A stretch of 64,000 nucleotides of DNA. Origin: the human T2T-CHM13v2.0 reference genome, Homo sapiens. Under the pieces are notes generated by a model that was not told the origin of the DNA, made no database searches, and saw only the letters and a list, made by a program, of their open reading frames with translations. Below are positions 45,104 through 63,379 of the stretch, in pieces. The position numbers and the translations under genes are program-made. Location of the stretch: NCBI RefSeq assembly GCF_009914755.1, contig NC_060941.1, one strand, 5' to 3'. The stretch's first letter is position 1. Each line of letters starts with the position of its first letter.

Positions 45104-47804
45104 TACACTTTCCCATGGGGCCCCGGGAGTCCCAGCCCTCAGGAACCCGCACACTGGGCTCAGCCAGGGTGACAGAGAGCAGGGCCTCTGCACCTTAAAC
45201 CTGGTGACCTGCTAGCTCTCCATGAACTGGATGGGCCTTTACCATCCACTTAGAGGAAGCCCACCACTGCAGGGGACAGATACCCAGCTGGAGAGCACCG
45301 GCATGGCAAGGTCACCTTGGGCACAGAGAGGCGTCCCTCACCATGACCCGCTGTTAGAGACAAGGAGGTCTGGGGGGCCCTCCCAGGCCTGACCTGCCAT
45401 GCTGTGCTGAGAAGCCTGTCCCATCCCTGAAATACACTCAGCCAGTCAGGTGTATGGTGATTCCCACCCCAACACCCCCATCAAAGAGAAATCTAGGCAG
45501 CTCTCCCCAGCCCCGGGCACAGACCCTAATTTCCTCCCTACGGTGAGGATCTGACATCCACCACACCATAGGGCGGGTGGCCTCATGGAGGCCAGGAAAC
45601 AGCCTGGAGTCAGGTGGGTCCTGGCTCTGCCATTTACGCCCCCGTGACCCAGGGCTTGGCGCTTCTCTGAGCCTCAGTGTTCTCATCTGCAAAGTGGGAG
45701 TCATACCATCTACTCTGCCTACTGCAGTCAGCTGTGAGAAGCCAACGCGACAGCGTATGTGAAAGGCTTTTGTAAACCGAGTATGGCAAGAAGCCTGGTT
45801 GGCATTGTTGTAGCCCAGGCTTAGCCCCAAAGTGGATGGAGCTGCATCCAGGAACAGGCCTAGGGGGGCCTTTTTTTCTTCCAGCCCCAGATATCCTCTC
45901 AGACCCCCAGAACATCCCTAGTGTAGGCAGAAGTCTGGCTCAGGTGCCCTCGTTTGAGCCCCTTGTGGAACTGGCCCAGGAGATGTTCTGGGGAGGAGTA
46001 GAAGCTGGAGTGGTGCCAGGCTGTGCCAAGGGCAAGGCTGAAGTGGACACGAGGGTCCCTGACTCCTGAAGCCCCAAGGGTCAGGGGACATTTCTAGGAG
46101 TCCACTTGGTCCTGCTTTGGAGGTGTGTATATCAAAACTTCAGCAATCTCCCAGACAACCTCCCAAAGCAAACCCTTCCGGCCCCCACCCCACCCTCCCC
46201 TCAGCCCCTGGGCTCCACAGACCCCGGCAGGCATGTTGGGAGGAATGTGGTCGTGTCTGGGGCTGCCTGACGCGTCCTATCTCCTCAGACAGGCCCCAAC
46301 AGCCCCTGCTGGAGGCTCCACTGCTCTTCCTGGGATCAACTGTTCCTAGAAGAAAAGCAGGACCCTCTCTCACCCCACCCCCAACCTTGACTGTCACCAA
46401 AGAAAAAGCCAGAGAGGGGAGCCCCCCACTACTGTGGCCTAGGAGCTTGGAAGACAATACTGAGACAGACACCTGTGCTGTGGGCTCCCCAAATCTGCCA
46501 ACAAAGGACTCTCGAGGATGTGAGTAAGCCAGGGCCCCACCCCGCTCCACCCACCCCTGACAGACACTCCTAATCTCCCTGCAGAGAATGGTTCCCCCAC
46601 CCTGACCCAGTCCTACAATTTCCCCAGAGAGAGGCAACAGGGGTTTTGGCTGAGGGGCAGATGCTTTTGTTGGGAGCCATGTTGCTGTTGGCTGTGGGGC
46701 AAGGGAAGGCTGTGCTCACTGGAGAAAAATGCTGTGTCCAGAGGGATCTGGGAGTGGGAATGGGGTGCAGGGCCCGGTACTGGCTTCCTCTGTGCCCCGC
46801 CACCCCCACCCACCACCACCACCGTCTTCTTCTTCTGCAGGGATCAGGAATAGAAGCTCCAGAGCCCAGGACATAGGAACAGCTTTACTTTCCCTTTCAT
46901 TTGATTCAATGGAACCCAAAAGAAACTCCTTCCTCCCCCTGCTCCGAGGGGAATCCAAAAGATAAGGATGGCAGGGAACCAATGACAGATCAGTCCATGC
47001 ACATAATCTTAAAAGGCACTTCTGCAGCCCCATCCCAACCCCACGCACCGACTCCGGAGCTCTAGCATGGAATATAAGCCTGATCCCCCACACCCGTTCT
47101 CAGAACCGTGGCCTAACCTGGAGCCTGAGGCCAACCTCTCTTCCCCTGCAGTCAAGGACTCAGTGACCAAGGAGCTGCAAACAGCCCGGCCAAGCAGGGA
47201 GCAGACTTAGAGGACACCACACTCCCGTCCCCTCCCTGATGCCAAAGAAGCATGGTACTCAGACATTTTAAGGGAGGGCATTTTCTGGGTCATCAGGGGT
47301 TAAAGGGTTGCCAGTCTTGACAGCTGAGGCCCAGAGTACTCCCCACCTCTGGACTTCTAGGCAGGCTTTGTGTGAGCAGCATTACCTGACCCTCCCTCCA
47401 GCCTGCCCCAAAAGGAGGGGGGTAAAGGAGGAGCCCCGGGCAGGACCTCCTGTGGTTAGTGAGTCTCCCTGCACCACCCTACATGGGGGAGCCCCGTGCC
47501 AATGCTAAAATTATTGTAAATGGATAAAATCCATGGGGTCAAAGAGATCAGGAAAGTAGATTATAGCAATCAAATTTTGGAATCTGGAAAACAAAGACAA
47601 AGAAAGCCCAGCGCTTGCCCAGAGAGAAGCCAAGAGGCAAAGCATATTTACACTCTGGAACTTTTTAACTCTGAATTTTTAAGAACTCTGGAAAGTCTCT
47701 GGAATGTCTCTGGAATAGGGGGCACCAGGTACCTCTGACAGTGAGGAACAAGTGAACTAGAAATGGGAGGGTGAGCTAGAGATCTATATAAAAAGCAGAG
47801 AGGT

Positions 47805-48187
<383 letters not shown>

Positions 48188-48678
48188 TTATGCTTGAGAA
48201 TTTCCCCAGAGGGACTCTGAATCCTGAGACACCAAGCAGGGCCAGTAAACTGCAATCAACTAGTAGCAGAGTAGCTGAGACTGAGACCTTCTCTGCCCCC
48301 TTCCTGCACTCAGCTTCCAGAAAGCTGGTAGCTTTTACAATCCAGACAGGGAATTAGAGGTATTCCTTCTGAGGAAGACCCTCCCCAAGAAAAGTCCTAC
48401 AGATAACTGTCCCCCAACGAAACAGCTTATTCTCCACCAGATTACTCTATATTGAGACCTACCAGTGGCAAGCTCCCATGCTATCCACACACATATACAC
48501 ATATTCCAATCAGTTTCTCAGTGACTTACTCTTAAATATGAACGACTACCAAGGACCACCAGACATCTGAGAAAAGCCTCTGGCATGAAAGATGGAGGCA
48601 AGACAAACAGCAAGAAAGGAACTGAGGAAACTGAGCTGATGACAGAAATAGAAGCACTGCTGGAGCCAGGACTAATAG

Positions 48679-49095
<417 letters not shown>

Positions 49096-50365
49096 TGAAT
49101 AATGGAGTTAGAGGTCAAAGTTAAAGAAATTTCTCAGAAAACAGCAACAAAGAAAAAAAGACAAGACGGAAAATAAAACAGAATACATAGGAAAAAGAGC
49201 CATTTCAGAAAGAGAGAAAATGGAGGGAGGAAATCATGAAACACGAAAATTTGCCAGAATTGAACAACATGAGCTCCCACATTGGAAGTTTCTGCTAGTG
49301 TCCAGCCAGTGGATGAAGTCACAGCTGCATCAATTCAACACATGGTATTTCAGCCTGCTGGAGAGAAAGAGAAGAACTGAAAAGCTTCTAGGGAAGAGTG
49401 TGGGAATAGGATAATAAGACGTGATCTAGAATCAATATGGCATAAGACTTCTCAACAGCAACACCAGAATCCAAGAAACACTGAAACCGTACCTTCAAAT
49501 GCTGAGTGCAAATGATTTCCAAGCTAGAATTCCATACCCAGCCAAACTATCAGGCAAGAGTGAGGATCAACTAAAGATCTTTTTGACACAAAAAGTCTAA
49601 AAAAATTTAACCCTGATAACTCCCTTCCCAGGAAACTACTTGAGGATGTGCTTCACTAAAACAAAGGGAAAAATGAAAACAGGAAGGAGGAAGACATTGG
49701 ATCCAGAAAACAAGGAAAGCAACACAGGAAAAAGAAGGATTTCAGGATGATGGTGAAGAGAGATTCCAGGATCACAGCTGAGCAGGAGACCCAAACAGCA
49801 CCCAGAACAGACAAGAGCAGGACAGAAGGCCCTAGGAGACACATTTTCATGAGGATGAAATTGAAGGAACACCCAGGGTTCTAAAATACTGAGGAGATTT
49901 ATGCTTCCAGCAGTGAATCAGGAAACAAATTAATCATCAATACATAGAAAGTTTAGGCAAATTGAAAAAGAGATATTTATTCCAAGGAAATTTAATATAG
50001 TATAAAATGTAATATAGTATAATATATGATTTGACTATGAATAACATTTAAATAGTCATGATAATGTAAACATTTATTTAACAAAAATATGAATATATTG
50101 AGAAGGTGGGAAGAAGATATTTTAAAAAGAAGTGGGGAAGGGCAATGCTGTATAACAGATCTACATCCTCATCCTTCACAGCCAGAAGTCAAGCGATTAA
50201 AAACTGAAACAGAAAAACCAAACAGTAACAAGGTAAAGCCTGTTATTTAGAAGTAAGGAGACAAATCCCAAAAGAAACAGCTGAAGTTGAAAAGGGGAGG
50301 CGGGAACAGAGCTTTGGTATCCAGTCTAGGGATGGCTTTTTCATTAAAAAAAAAAAAAAAAGTCT

Positions 50366-50807
50366 TATTCACAATAGCAAAGACTTGGAACCAACCCAAA
50401 TGTCCATCAATGATAGACTGGATTAAGAAAATGTGGCACATGTGCACCTTGGAATACTATGCAACCATAAAAAAGGATGAGTTCATGTCCTTTGCAGGGA
50501 CATGGATGAAGCTGGAAACCATCATTCTAAGCAAACTATCACAAGGACAGAAAACCAAACACCATATGTTCTCACTCATAGGTGGGAATTGAACAATGAG
50601 AACACATGGGCACAGGGCGGGGAACATCACACATCGGGGCCTGTCAGGGGGTGGGGGACTGTGGGAGGGATAGCATTTGGAGAAATACTTAATGTAAGTG
50701 ATGAGTTGATGGGTGCAGCAAACCAACATGGCACATGTATACCTATGTAACAAACATGCACGTTGTGCACGTGTACCCTATAACTTAAAGCATAAAAAAA
50801 AAAAAAA
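50366..50807 (+). mobile_element. 5'-truncated L1PA (ORF2 C-terminus and 3'UTR)
   Basis: LFTIAKTWNQPKCPSMIDWIKKMWH...HMFSLIGGN*; poly-A; TSD (A)nGTCTT. Confidence 0.93.
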
Positions 50808-50812
50808 AGTCT

Positions 50813-51119
<307 letters not shown>

Positions 51120-52201
51120 TTATGATGTTGTACATACATAACTTTTTTAAATTTAAATATTTAAAATATGGAAGGCATCCAGGAAGAAGGAATGGCAACT
51201 GAGAGGTATGGGTCATATCTCAGTCAGGTAGGGGTGACTCAGGGGTTTGGAGCTGGGAGGGACAGGAGGACACCAAGCTGGGTTGAGACTGAAGGCTGAG
51301 TGCTGGAGGGGAATGGGATCCATCGCCAGCTGTTAAGCAGGGGAGTCCTGATCTCACCCTTGTTCTTGATCCTGACCACATTCTGATGGAAATCATTCAG
51401 TGGAAATTGAATGTGGATGAGATTGACTCTCAAGGGGACCCAGTTAGGCTGTGCCCAGGTCTAGGGAGAGAGGAAGAAGATCTGAACATGGCAATGGCCA
51501 TGGGGCAGCAGGTGTTTCCTAGGGTGCTCATCAGCACGCAATTCACCAGCTGAGGGGAATGAGGAAGGAGGAGTTGATGGGGTGTGAGGAGAAGCAGGCT
51601 GGGAGAAGGAGGATTTCAGGTCTGACGAGGACATCGTTCTCAAGGCAGATACCACTCCCTTCCACCCTCCAATGTAGAAACTGTGTGCAGATGTGGGGGA
51701 GCCCATGGGTAGAGTTAAGATTCAAGCGTGGGAGTCTTCGGGTTAAAATACCTGAAAAGGTAGAGTGGTGTTAAAAGAAAGGCATGGACTTTGCAGACAG
51801 ACAGAACTGAGTTTGAGCTCCAGCCGTGCCACTTACTATCTGCATGATTTTACGCAAGTTACTGAAACTCTGAATTCTGGGGGTTGTCAAATTCCAAAAT
51901 GGGCCTGACCACACCCACCTCACAGGGTTGCAAGGGCAACCTCGTAAAATAACCTCTGTAGAATGCCTCCATGGTGTCAGTCAGCACGTGTGGACACTCC
52001 CCCATCCTGTGTCCCACCTCCCACTTCCATAGAGCATGGAGGTCTTCCAGGAAGAGCCTTCAAGATCTTCTGAGATTTGTCCCATTTCCCACATCTCTCA
52101 GGCTGTGAGGCTCCAGGAGGTTTCTGGAAAGCACCTGCAACTCCCCTCCCATCAGTTCAAGAACAGAGATCACACAGGTTTGCATCAACCAGAAAGTCAG
52201 C

Positions 52202-55089
<2,888 letters not shown>

Positions 55090-55191
55090 CGTGCCAAGGA
55101 GGGAGGTGAGCGAGCGAGCAGTTGGCTGAAAAAAGGGAAGGTGCTCAGGAAGGCTAAGAGCATGCTGTGGCTGCCTCCAACCCCAGAGACC

Positions 55192-55504
55192 TTTATATGC
55201 ACCTGGGGAAGGCGGGGCCCTCCTAACTGCTGACTCCAGGTTCCCCTCTGGATTTCATCACTCCCAGTCCCGTCCAACTCCTCACTCTGGATTATTCAGC
55301 CCAGGATCAACTCCGCTGTGTGCTGGCTCAGAGTTCCCACCCAGCTTTGAGAGTGTGGAGCTGAGAGAAAAACACACAAATGCGAGTCGGTGGTGACTCA
55401 GGCTAGGTGGCCGGGAATCAGGCTCCCGTTCCTGGAGCCCTTGGGGCCAGTGGGGCCTTGGCACAGGTGGCTTTGTGGCAACTGCGTCCCCAGGCAGTGA
55501 GTCA
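55192..55504 (-). promoter_or_regulatory. KRT16-type promoter: TATA box, GC box and AP-1 sites
   Basis: TATAAA at 55197-55192; GGCGGGG near 55211; TGACTCA at 55394-55400; TGAGTCA at 55498-55504. Confidence 0.7.
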
Positions 55505-57211
55505 GCCCTTCAGAAGAACTCCCTGCCCCACAGTGACAGCCTTGGCTGAAAGAGACCTCAGTGATGCCATCCTGGGCTGTCTTGGGGAGCAGTTGCGGGG
55601 ATCCTACATGTCCCACTCTGGGCAGGGGCAGAGTTCGTGTCTTCACTCTGCTGTGTGGCCTGAGGCTCCCCACCTCCCACCTCTGGGCCTGTTTCCCCTC
55701 AGTGGTGACCAGGCTGGACTGGGTGATTGCAGAGTCCCTTCTGGTTCTAAAAATCCTATGACTCTCTTTCCCCTCTTGGATCTAATTCCAGTTCCGGAGG
55801 CTGCCTTGAGCCCCCGGGATCTCCAGAAGTGTGTGCACCATACAAACAGCACTGGCCATGGAGCCAGACAGGCGGCACTGAGTCCCTGCTCTGCCCTTAC
55901 CAGCTGTACAGCACAGGCTGGTCTTACAGCCCCTTGGTCCTCAGTTTTCTCATCTGTAAAAGGGGATGACACACCACTAGCCACAAAGAAACATTCGAGA
56001 AGCACCCCACCGGCCCTTCCCCAAGGGCCAGCCCTGCCCCTCATCCTCCTCATCCTCCCCCTCCAGCCACCTGCTCCTCACACTCACCTCTACACACTGG
56101 CACCCTCCCGAACCGCTACGCGGGGCCCTGCGTCCCCCACACTCCCAGCTGAAGAACACCGCAGCCCCACACCTAGCTCCTCCACTCCTCTACCGCCCTC
56201 TCCTAATCACAGGCACCCCACCTGCAGGCCGGTGGGAGGGAGCCCCGTCCTGCCACTGCAGCCAGGTGTGACCCCTGACCCCGCCGTGGGCCTCAGAGTT
56301 CCCCCCTACCCTGTAGAAACAGGACTGGCTGGGGATCCGTTCCCAGCAGTTCTCTCTCCTGTGTCCACAGATCCCACGCTGGGCCTGGCAGCTCCATTCA
56401 TCCAGCTGAGCTGGGGGAGAGCACCGGTCATGGGCCCACTCAGGCACGCATGGAGAGCCTGGTGTGTGTTGTACGGTTCTGTGAGTAGGGATGACGGGGG
56501 CGTTATTCCTGCCACCAGTCCTCAGGTGAGGGAGCTGGGATCCAGGGAGGATAAGTGGGCTTCCCAAGACACCAGGCACTGGAAGCTGAGATGTGAACCT
56601 GCCTGCCTGTTCTCCTTGCCTAAGCCTGTTCTGTCATCCTGAGCCCTCTCTCTGTGCATCTCAAATTTATATCATTTTCTTGATCAGAGGGGACAGAGGG
56701 GTAACCAGAGACAGGTGGAGATTCACTCAAAGTCACTCTGCTTTAAGCTGCAGAGCTGCAACTAGAACCCAGACCTCAGCCCTCTCCAGGCTCCCACCAT
56801 GCCTGCAGGCGGGGCCAGTATACCCAACTCTCACCCACCTCCCCACGATCACTGGCATGAGGTCTGCCCAGGGTGGGCGTGGCCTTGGCCTGAGAGGCTG
56901 GTGCAGCACCGAGGACTGGAGGGAGGAGGAGGGATCTGGGCACCAAGATGGGGCCTCCTCAGGGTGCTGTGGGGCGTCCCTTGGTGCTGGCCACTGGCCT
57001 TGCTCTGCAGTGCCTCTGTTGAGGTGAGGAGCCCAGAGACAGCCTGCCTCTGCCTGGGCTCCACTGGGGCAGGCAATTCCTTGTCTCAGCAGAACCAGGG
57101 TTTTGTCGCTGCTACATCTCCCCTGGTCACTCTGGAATCAGAGGTAAGAGCAGAATGGATGCACATGCCTTCAGAGCCAAACCTGGGAGAGGGAACCCGA
57201 CACTCCCCACC

Positions 57212-58190
57212 TGAAGGGGTGGCCTGCCCCTCCACACCTGTGGGTGTTTCTCGTGGGGTGGGATGAGAGACTGAGAAAAGAAAGAGACACAGAGACAAAG
57301 TATAGAGAAAGAAAAATGGGCCCAGGGGACTGGCGCTCAGCATACAGAGGACCCACGCTGGCCCCAGTCTCCGAGTTCCCTCAGTATTTATTGATCATTA
57401 TCTCTACCATCTCTACCATCTCCCAGAGGGGGATGTGGCAGGACAATAGGGTAATAGTGGGGAGAGGGCCAGCAGGAAAATGTGAACAAATGTCTCTGTG
57501 TCATAAACAAGGTTAAGGAAAAGGTGCTGTGCTTTGATGTGCACATACATAAACATCTCGGTGCATTAAAGAGCAGTGTTACCGCCAGCATGTCTCACCT
57601 CCAGCCCTAAGGCGGTTTTCTCCTATCTCAGTAGATGGAATATACAATCGGGTTTTACACCAAGACATTCCATTGCTCAGGGATGAGCAGGAGACAGATG
57701 CCTTCCTCTTATCTCAACTGCAAAGAGGCCTTCCTCTTTTACTAATCCTCCTCAGCACAGACCCTTTACGGGTGTCGGGCTGGGGGACAGTCAGGTCTTT
57801 CACTTCCCATGAGGCCATATTTCAGACTATCACATGGGGAGAAACCTGGCTTTCCTAGGCAGAGGTCCCTGCGGCCTTCCTTCCGCAGTGTTTTGTGTCC
57901 CTGGGTACTTGAGATTAGGGAGTGGTGATGACTTTTAACAAGCTAGCTGCCTTCAAGCATTTGTTTAACAAAGCACATCCTGCATAGCCCTAAATCCATT
58001 AAACCTTGAGTCGACACAGGGCATGTTTCTGCGAGCACAGGGTTGGGGGTAGGGTTACAGATTAACAGCATCTCAAGGCAGAAGAATTTTTCTTAGTACA
58101 GAACAAAATGGAGTCTCTCATGTCTACTTCTTTCTATATAGACACAGTCCGTATAGAAAGAGACACTGATCTCTCTTTCTCTTCCCCACA
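57212..58190 (-). mobile_element. HERV-K(HML-2) solo LTR, LTR5A/LTR5B type
   Basis: Minus strand begins TGTGGGGAAGAGAAAGAGAGATCAG and ends GGCAGGCCACCCCTTCA; ~980 bp; 6-bp TSD CCCACC at 57206-57211 and 58191-58196. Confidence 0.93.
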
Positions 58191-61100
58191 CCCACCCCCA
58201 CCCCAAAGAGGGACAAAGGGGACCCCGGAATCTTGGACAAAAACCTCAGCGTTCAGGTGTCAGGGTGGGCCTGGAGTTCCAGTCCAACCACAGACCCATC
58301 ACCCTCAGAACTGAAAATGGTCTTCAAGGTCACCAAAGGCTATCAATACCCCAACCGGAGAGGGCGAAAGCCTTATCCAGGTTAAGCAGCACAAAAGTGA
58401 GAGAGCACAGACCGGAGCCAGCTCCAACTCCCAAGCCAGGATTCACACCGACTCTCACAGTGGAGTCTCCGAGAACTCTTCACTCTCTGCCCCCACCGTG
58501 TGTGCGTGCACACACACCCCTTTCTCATTGGCTCACTGCCCCCCGCCAAGTTCCCCATTCCAGGAGGTGTCAGGGTGGGATTATACACAAGCCCAGCACT
58601 GCAGACCTGAGGATCTGCGTGGGCTGAGAAGCTGCAGGAAGTTGCTGACCAACGCGCCAAACTGCTCAGCCAACTCCATAGATCACGCAGCTGCTGTGTG
58701 CACAGCTCTCGGGGGCTGGGGGTGAAGAGGGAAATGATGACGTAGTCTCTGACCTTAGAAGAACTTATCATTTAACCCTGGAGGGAAAACTAACGCTGGA
58801 AAATGCAGAACCTGGCTAGAAACCCTAGGGTGCTGGGCTTGCCTGCCACGCCCACACCACCGGAGGCAGCTGGGGTAAGCATTACCCCGCTGAGCCTCAG
58901 CAGTAGAGGAGGGGGCTGCCCTCCTGGCCTTGATCCCTGAAAGGGTCCCAGCAGAGGGAGGCACCAGCAGGGCCTCAGAGGATCTGAGTTGACAGAGGAG
59001 GAGGAGGCGTTTCCTCTGCATCAGTGATGCACACTTGCCCCAAGGTGGCCAAGAGCCAGGACCTCTAAGCCTGGTGAGCATAGAGAAGCCCAGTGGGCAT
59101 CCTCCAGGCAGAGGATTCCTCCCCGCACCCTGCCTCCTTCCTCCCTCCTTCGTCCTGCCCATGTCAAGCATGAGGCGGAGATCATAGCATACCTGAGGAG
59201 GCCGGGAATCACCATTGGCCAATGCCACGCCTTGGCTTGCAGTGATTCTCCAACCAGACAGATCATCAGAGTCCCCAAGAAGATTCGCAGCCCTGCTCCA
59301 ACTCCTGCATCAGCACCACTCAGGACAAGCCTGCTGGTGGGGCTGTTTTACAAGCTCCCCAGCCAACTCAGACTGGGAAGGCAGGAGGCAGCTTAGGGGG
59401 CTGAGGAGGGGGGCAGAGAAGCTGAGGGGAGAGAGGGGGCTGCTGCAGGGCCCCCAGCCCTGGGTGGACAAGCCAGAGCCACAGGCTTCAGGGCAGGAGG
59501 AAGGAAAAGTAGAGCCCCACTGAGCCAGGACAGAGCAGCCTGGAATCGGGGCAAGCAGGGGCAAAACCTTGGGCAGGATATTCAGCCTCTCTGAGCCTCA
59601 GTTTCCTTGTCTGGGAAATGGGAATAACAGCCCTGCGTCACAGGCATATTAGGGGATTTGAGGCCAAATAAATAAAGCACCTGGCAAAGGCTGGTGGCTA
59701 GCGTTATGTTTATGAGCAGGTGTTTATAAAGCACCTACTGTGTGCCTGACACTGTGCTGGGCACTCAGACTCAAAGAACAAGACAGAGAAGCCCTGGAGA
59801 CATAGTCTTCTGGGGGAGAAGGTGGTAAAGACAATCCCAATACACTAAAGTCAGGCCACGATGGGGTGCTGGGGCCCTGCAGAGAAACAGAGGGAGCAGG
59901 GTTCCTGGGGGAGAACGAATGTCCAGGCCCAGGCTCTGCCCCTGTGACGGCTCCAGGGATCTGGGGAAATCTGTGAGTGCCAGGCCCACCTTCGGGGGTC
60001 CTCTCCCCTCCTGCAAGTTTGACGCCCCCCTTCTGAAGGTGGGGCTGTCATAGCCCTTCACAATCCAACCACAGATCTGCAGCTTCTGCCTTGATGATGG
60101 GGTGAAACATTCTGTGCAGTGGGCAGGGTGGCTGTGGACGAACTGTGAGTCCTTCCATGAGTCCCATAGCTGGGTCCCCAGTCCAGCCCAGGCACATGTC
60201 CTCAGCAGCCTGGACCCACTTGGGGTGCCTGTTCTGCACAAACAAGGGGCCCGGACTCCTGTATGAGTCTCAGGAAACCCCCAAGAGGGGCTCCCATTGC
60301 CCCCACCCCAGGAGTGTGAGCGGGAAGCTGGTGCCTCCAGGGAAGGCTGCAGACCCCAGGGGGTTGTGGGAGAAAGAGTGGGCCTCTCTCAGGGATGTTT
60401 CTTCAAATGGTCACTACAGCTCAGGGTGAGGACGGGTCTCTGTCAAGCTCAGTTATCCCCTCGGCTCTGTGCATGTGGGGAGACCTGCCTGGCTCTGCTC
60501 CCTCTGTTCCCCTCATCTCCCCAAAACCTTGGTTGCCACAATAGACCCACACTGCATAAGGGCTGAGGGACTGTTGTCAGTCCCTCAGGTCCCCTTGGGG
60601 CAGGCACTGTCTCTTGGGGTCAGGACCGGTGTCTCCTCCTTTCCCTGGACTCAGTGCAAACCAGACGCAGAGCGATGTCATGCCATGGATGAGTGTCCCC
60701 CACCACATCCGTCTCCGTAGAAGACATGCTGCCAGGTCAACCCCTGCAAGGGGGGTCCGGAGGCAGCTACCACTGGCATGGGTCTGGCCTGAGAGTCCTA
60801 TATGTGTGTCCATCACACGAGACCAGGTGTGGCAGCTCTACAGGGTAACCACAGATCCGCAGCTTCTGCCTTGAGGACATTCTGTGCAGTGGGCAGGGAG
60901 TGTGTGGACGAACTGTGAGTCCCTCCTTGAGTCCCATAGCTGGGTCCCCAATCCAGCCCAGGCACATGTCCCCAGCATCCTGGGCCCACTTGGGGTCCTT
61001 GGACAAAGTCACTCAAGTCTCCCCACCAGCCCCTGGCAACCACTGCCTCTACTGGCTCAGCTCTCTGGGCACACCGGGGGGCTCCCCCATTCTGGCCTCC

Positions 61101-63091
61101 TGAGCCTCCCACCCACTCACTTTGTGGAGAAGGGCTTCTTCCCCAGCAGAGGGGCACAGTCTGGGGCTGTCTCTGGTCCTTCCCACACTCTGACCCCTCC
61201 TCACTCACGCCATCAGTAATTGTGGACCCCAGGCTCTACAGGAGGGAGAGATAGCCCTGCCTGGAGCCTGAGGTGGGGGAGGAGCTGGGGCTTGGCTCCT
61301 CTTCCCAGCACGGAAGCGGGGCCCACTCCCCTCCCGTGCCCGTCTCCACTACTGACCCCTCAGGCTGTGGGACAAGGGCTGAGTCACTGCTCCTTGGAGC
61401 CTCAGTGTCCCCATCCACACAACAAGGCGCCTTCCCCTAGACCCTCCCTGCTTCCGGGGACTATTCAGACAAATGAAGTCACCCTCCAGAATGAGCCATC
61501 TGCAGCCCAGGGCTGTTCTTCTGGTTGTGGCGGGGTGTATGGTGGGGGCCTGGTGCAAACAGTGCCTCCCTCCTGCCCTCCATGGCCCCACATTTGCTGC
61601 CAGAGAGCAGGGAGACGTCAGCCTCCAACGGAGCAGAGCTTGCCCTTGCTTTGAGTCGTGCAGATGCCGCTGCAGGTGCAAGTCCCCGACTCCAGGCAGC
61701 CATCTACCCTGCAGAGAGAAACACTCTCCCGGGATGTCATAGCTCCAAGGTCCAGGGAGGGCTTGTGACCAGCCCAAAGTCACCCATACCCCAGTGGTCA
61801 GTACCCACCCCCATCCCTGGCCTCTGCCAGTCCCAAACCCCCACCAACCCAGGCTCAGAGGGCTCTGGTCACTCCCATTCTCCTCGGACCTGGGCCCCAC
61901 CCCCAGCCTCCAGGCACCAGGAGAGAGAGGGTGTTTGGGGGCCTTGGTCTGATTCCGCAGCAGCAGAGACACCACAGGTCCAGCAGTGAGGACGTGGAGG
62001 CACCCTCCTCCCACTAACCCCCTGCTTGAAGAAAACCAGGAAAGCAGGCCAACCCACCTGGCAGTTTCCAGATTTACTACAAGGAAGATTTCCAGGTGTC
62101 AGGCTCACCTCCCACAGACTGCTCCCCACAGCCACGTTTGCTGCCACCAGCAAGAGCTGGCGTTGGTCAGCTCATAGAGGGTGCTGGGAGTGGCTGGAGC
62201 AGGACTGTTCCTTCTCATTTTCCTAGGAGGCAGTTTCTACCCTCCCTCACACCACCCCTGTCCCTAGTGGGGAACCAAAGAGGATCCAGACCGCCAGGGA
62301 GAGTGGCACTGCTCCCTGGGCACAGCCACCCCATCTGCAGTGCCCCCCACTCTGCCCTGTCCGCATCCTGAGCAACAGCTGACCATGTGAGGAAACATCC
62401 TTGAGAGAGGCCCCACCCTTTCTCCCATACCTGCCTGGGGTCCCCAGCCTTCCCTGAAAACACCACCCTCCCGCTCACATTCCCAGGGCAGAGGCAATGG
62501 GAGCCCCTCTTGGGGATTTCCTGAGACTCACACAGGAGTCGGGGCCCCAATCACCCAGCCTGCCTCCCCCACCCACCCTCCCTTTGTGCTTATCCCAGCC
62601 CTTGCCCACCTCCTGCCCCATCTAGGGGGAGGGCACAGCCCACAGGACAGGAAGGAGCAACTGACTGAGTGAGTCATCTCTGAGGATTCGGGCTCCCACA
62701 CCTGAGATCTTCCCATCCATTTACGGATGGAAAAGCAAGGCTCAGTCAGGGGAAGTGACTGCCTAACTTCCCGAGGTCACAGAGTTACTCACGGGGCAAG
62801 CAGTGGCGACCTAGGACCACACCTGATACACCGCCTCCACCCCGGGTCTAGCGCAGCCTGGACCACCCCCTGAAAATCTCCAGCCCTTGGGAGATGCGAG
62901 CACCCCCCTCCAAACTCTCCCCAGACTTACTCTTTATGCTGGTCTAAGCTGACCTCTGACCTGCCAGTCAACAACGGGGTCTCCACGCACCATCTCCCCC
63001 CACCCTCACTCCTTCCCATTTCACCCTTTTGTCCCCAGTGCCCACTTCAGCGGCCAGAACAAGGACACATTTCATAGCTGAGTCAACGAGC

Positions 63092-63379
<288 letters not shown>

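Noticed and set aside
55407-56642. 411-aa plus-strand ORF
   Set aside because: Non-ATG start, Pro/Leu/Ser-rich with no recognisable domain, runs through the KRT16P upstream region and a MIR; typical chance ORF of GC-rich DNA.
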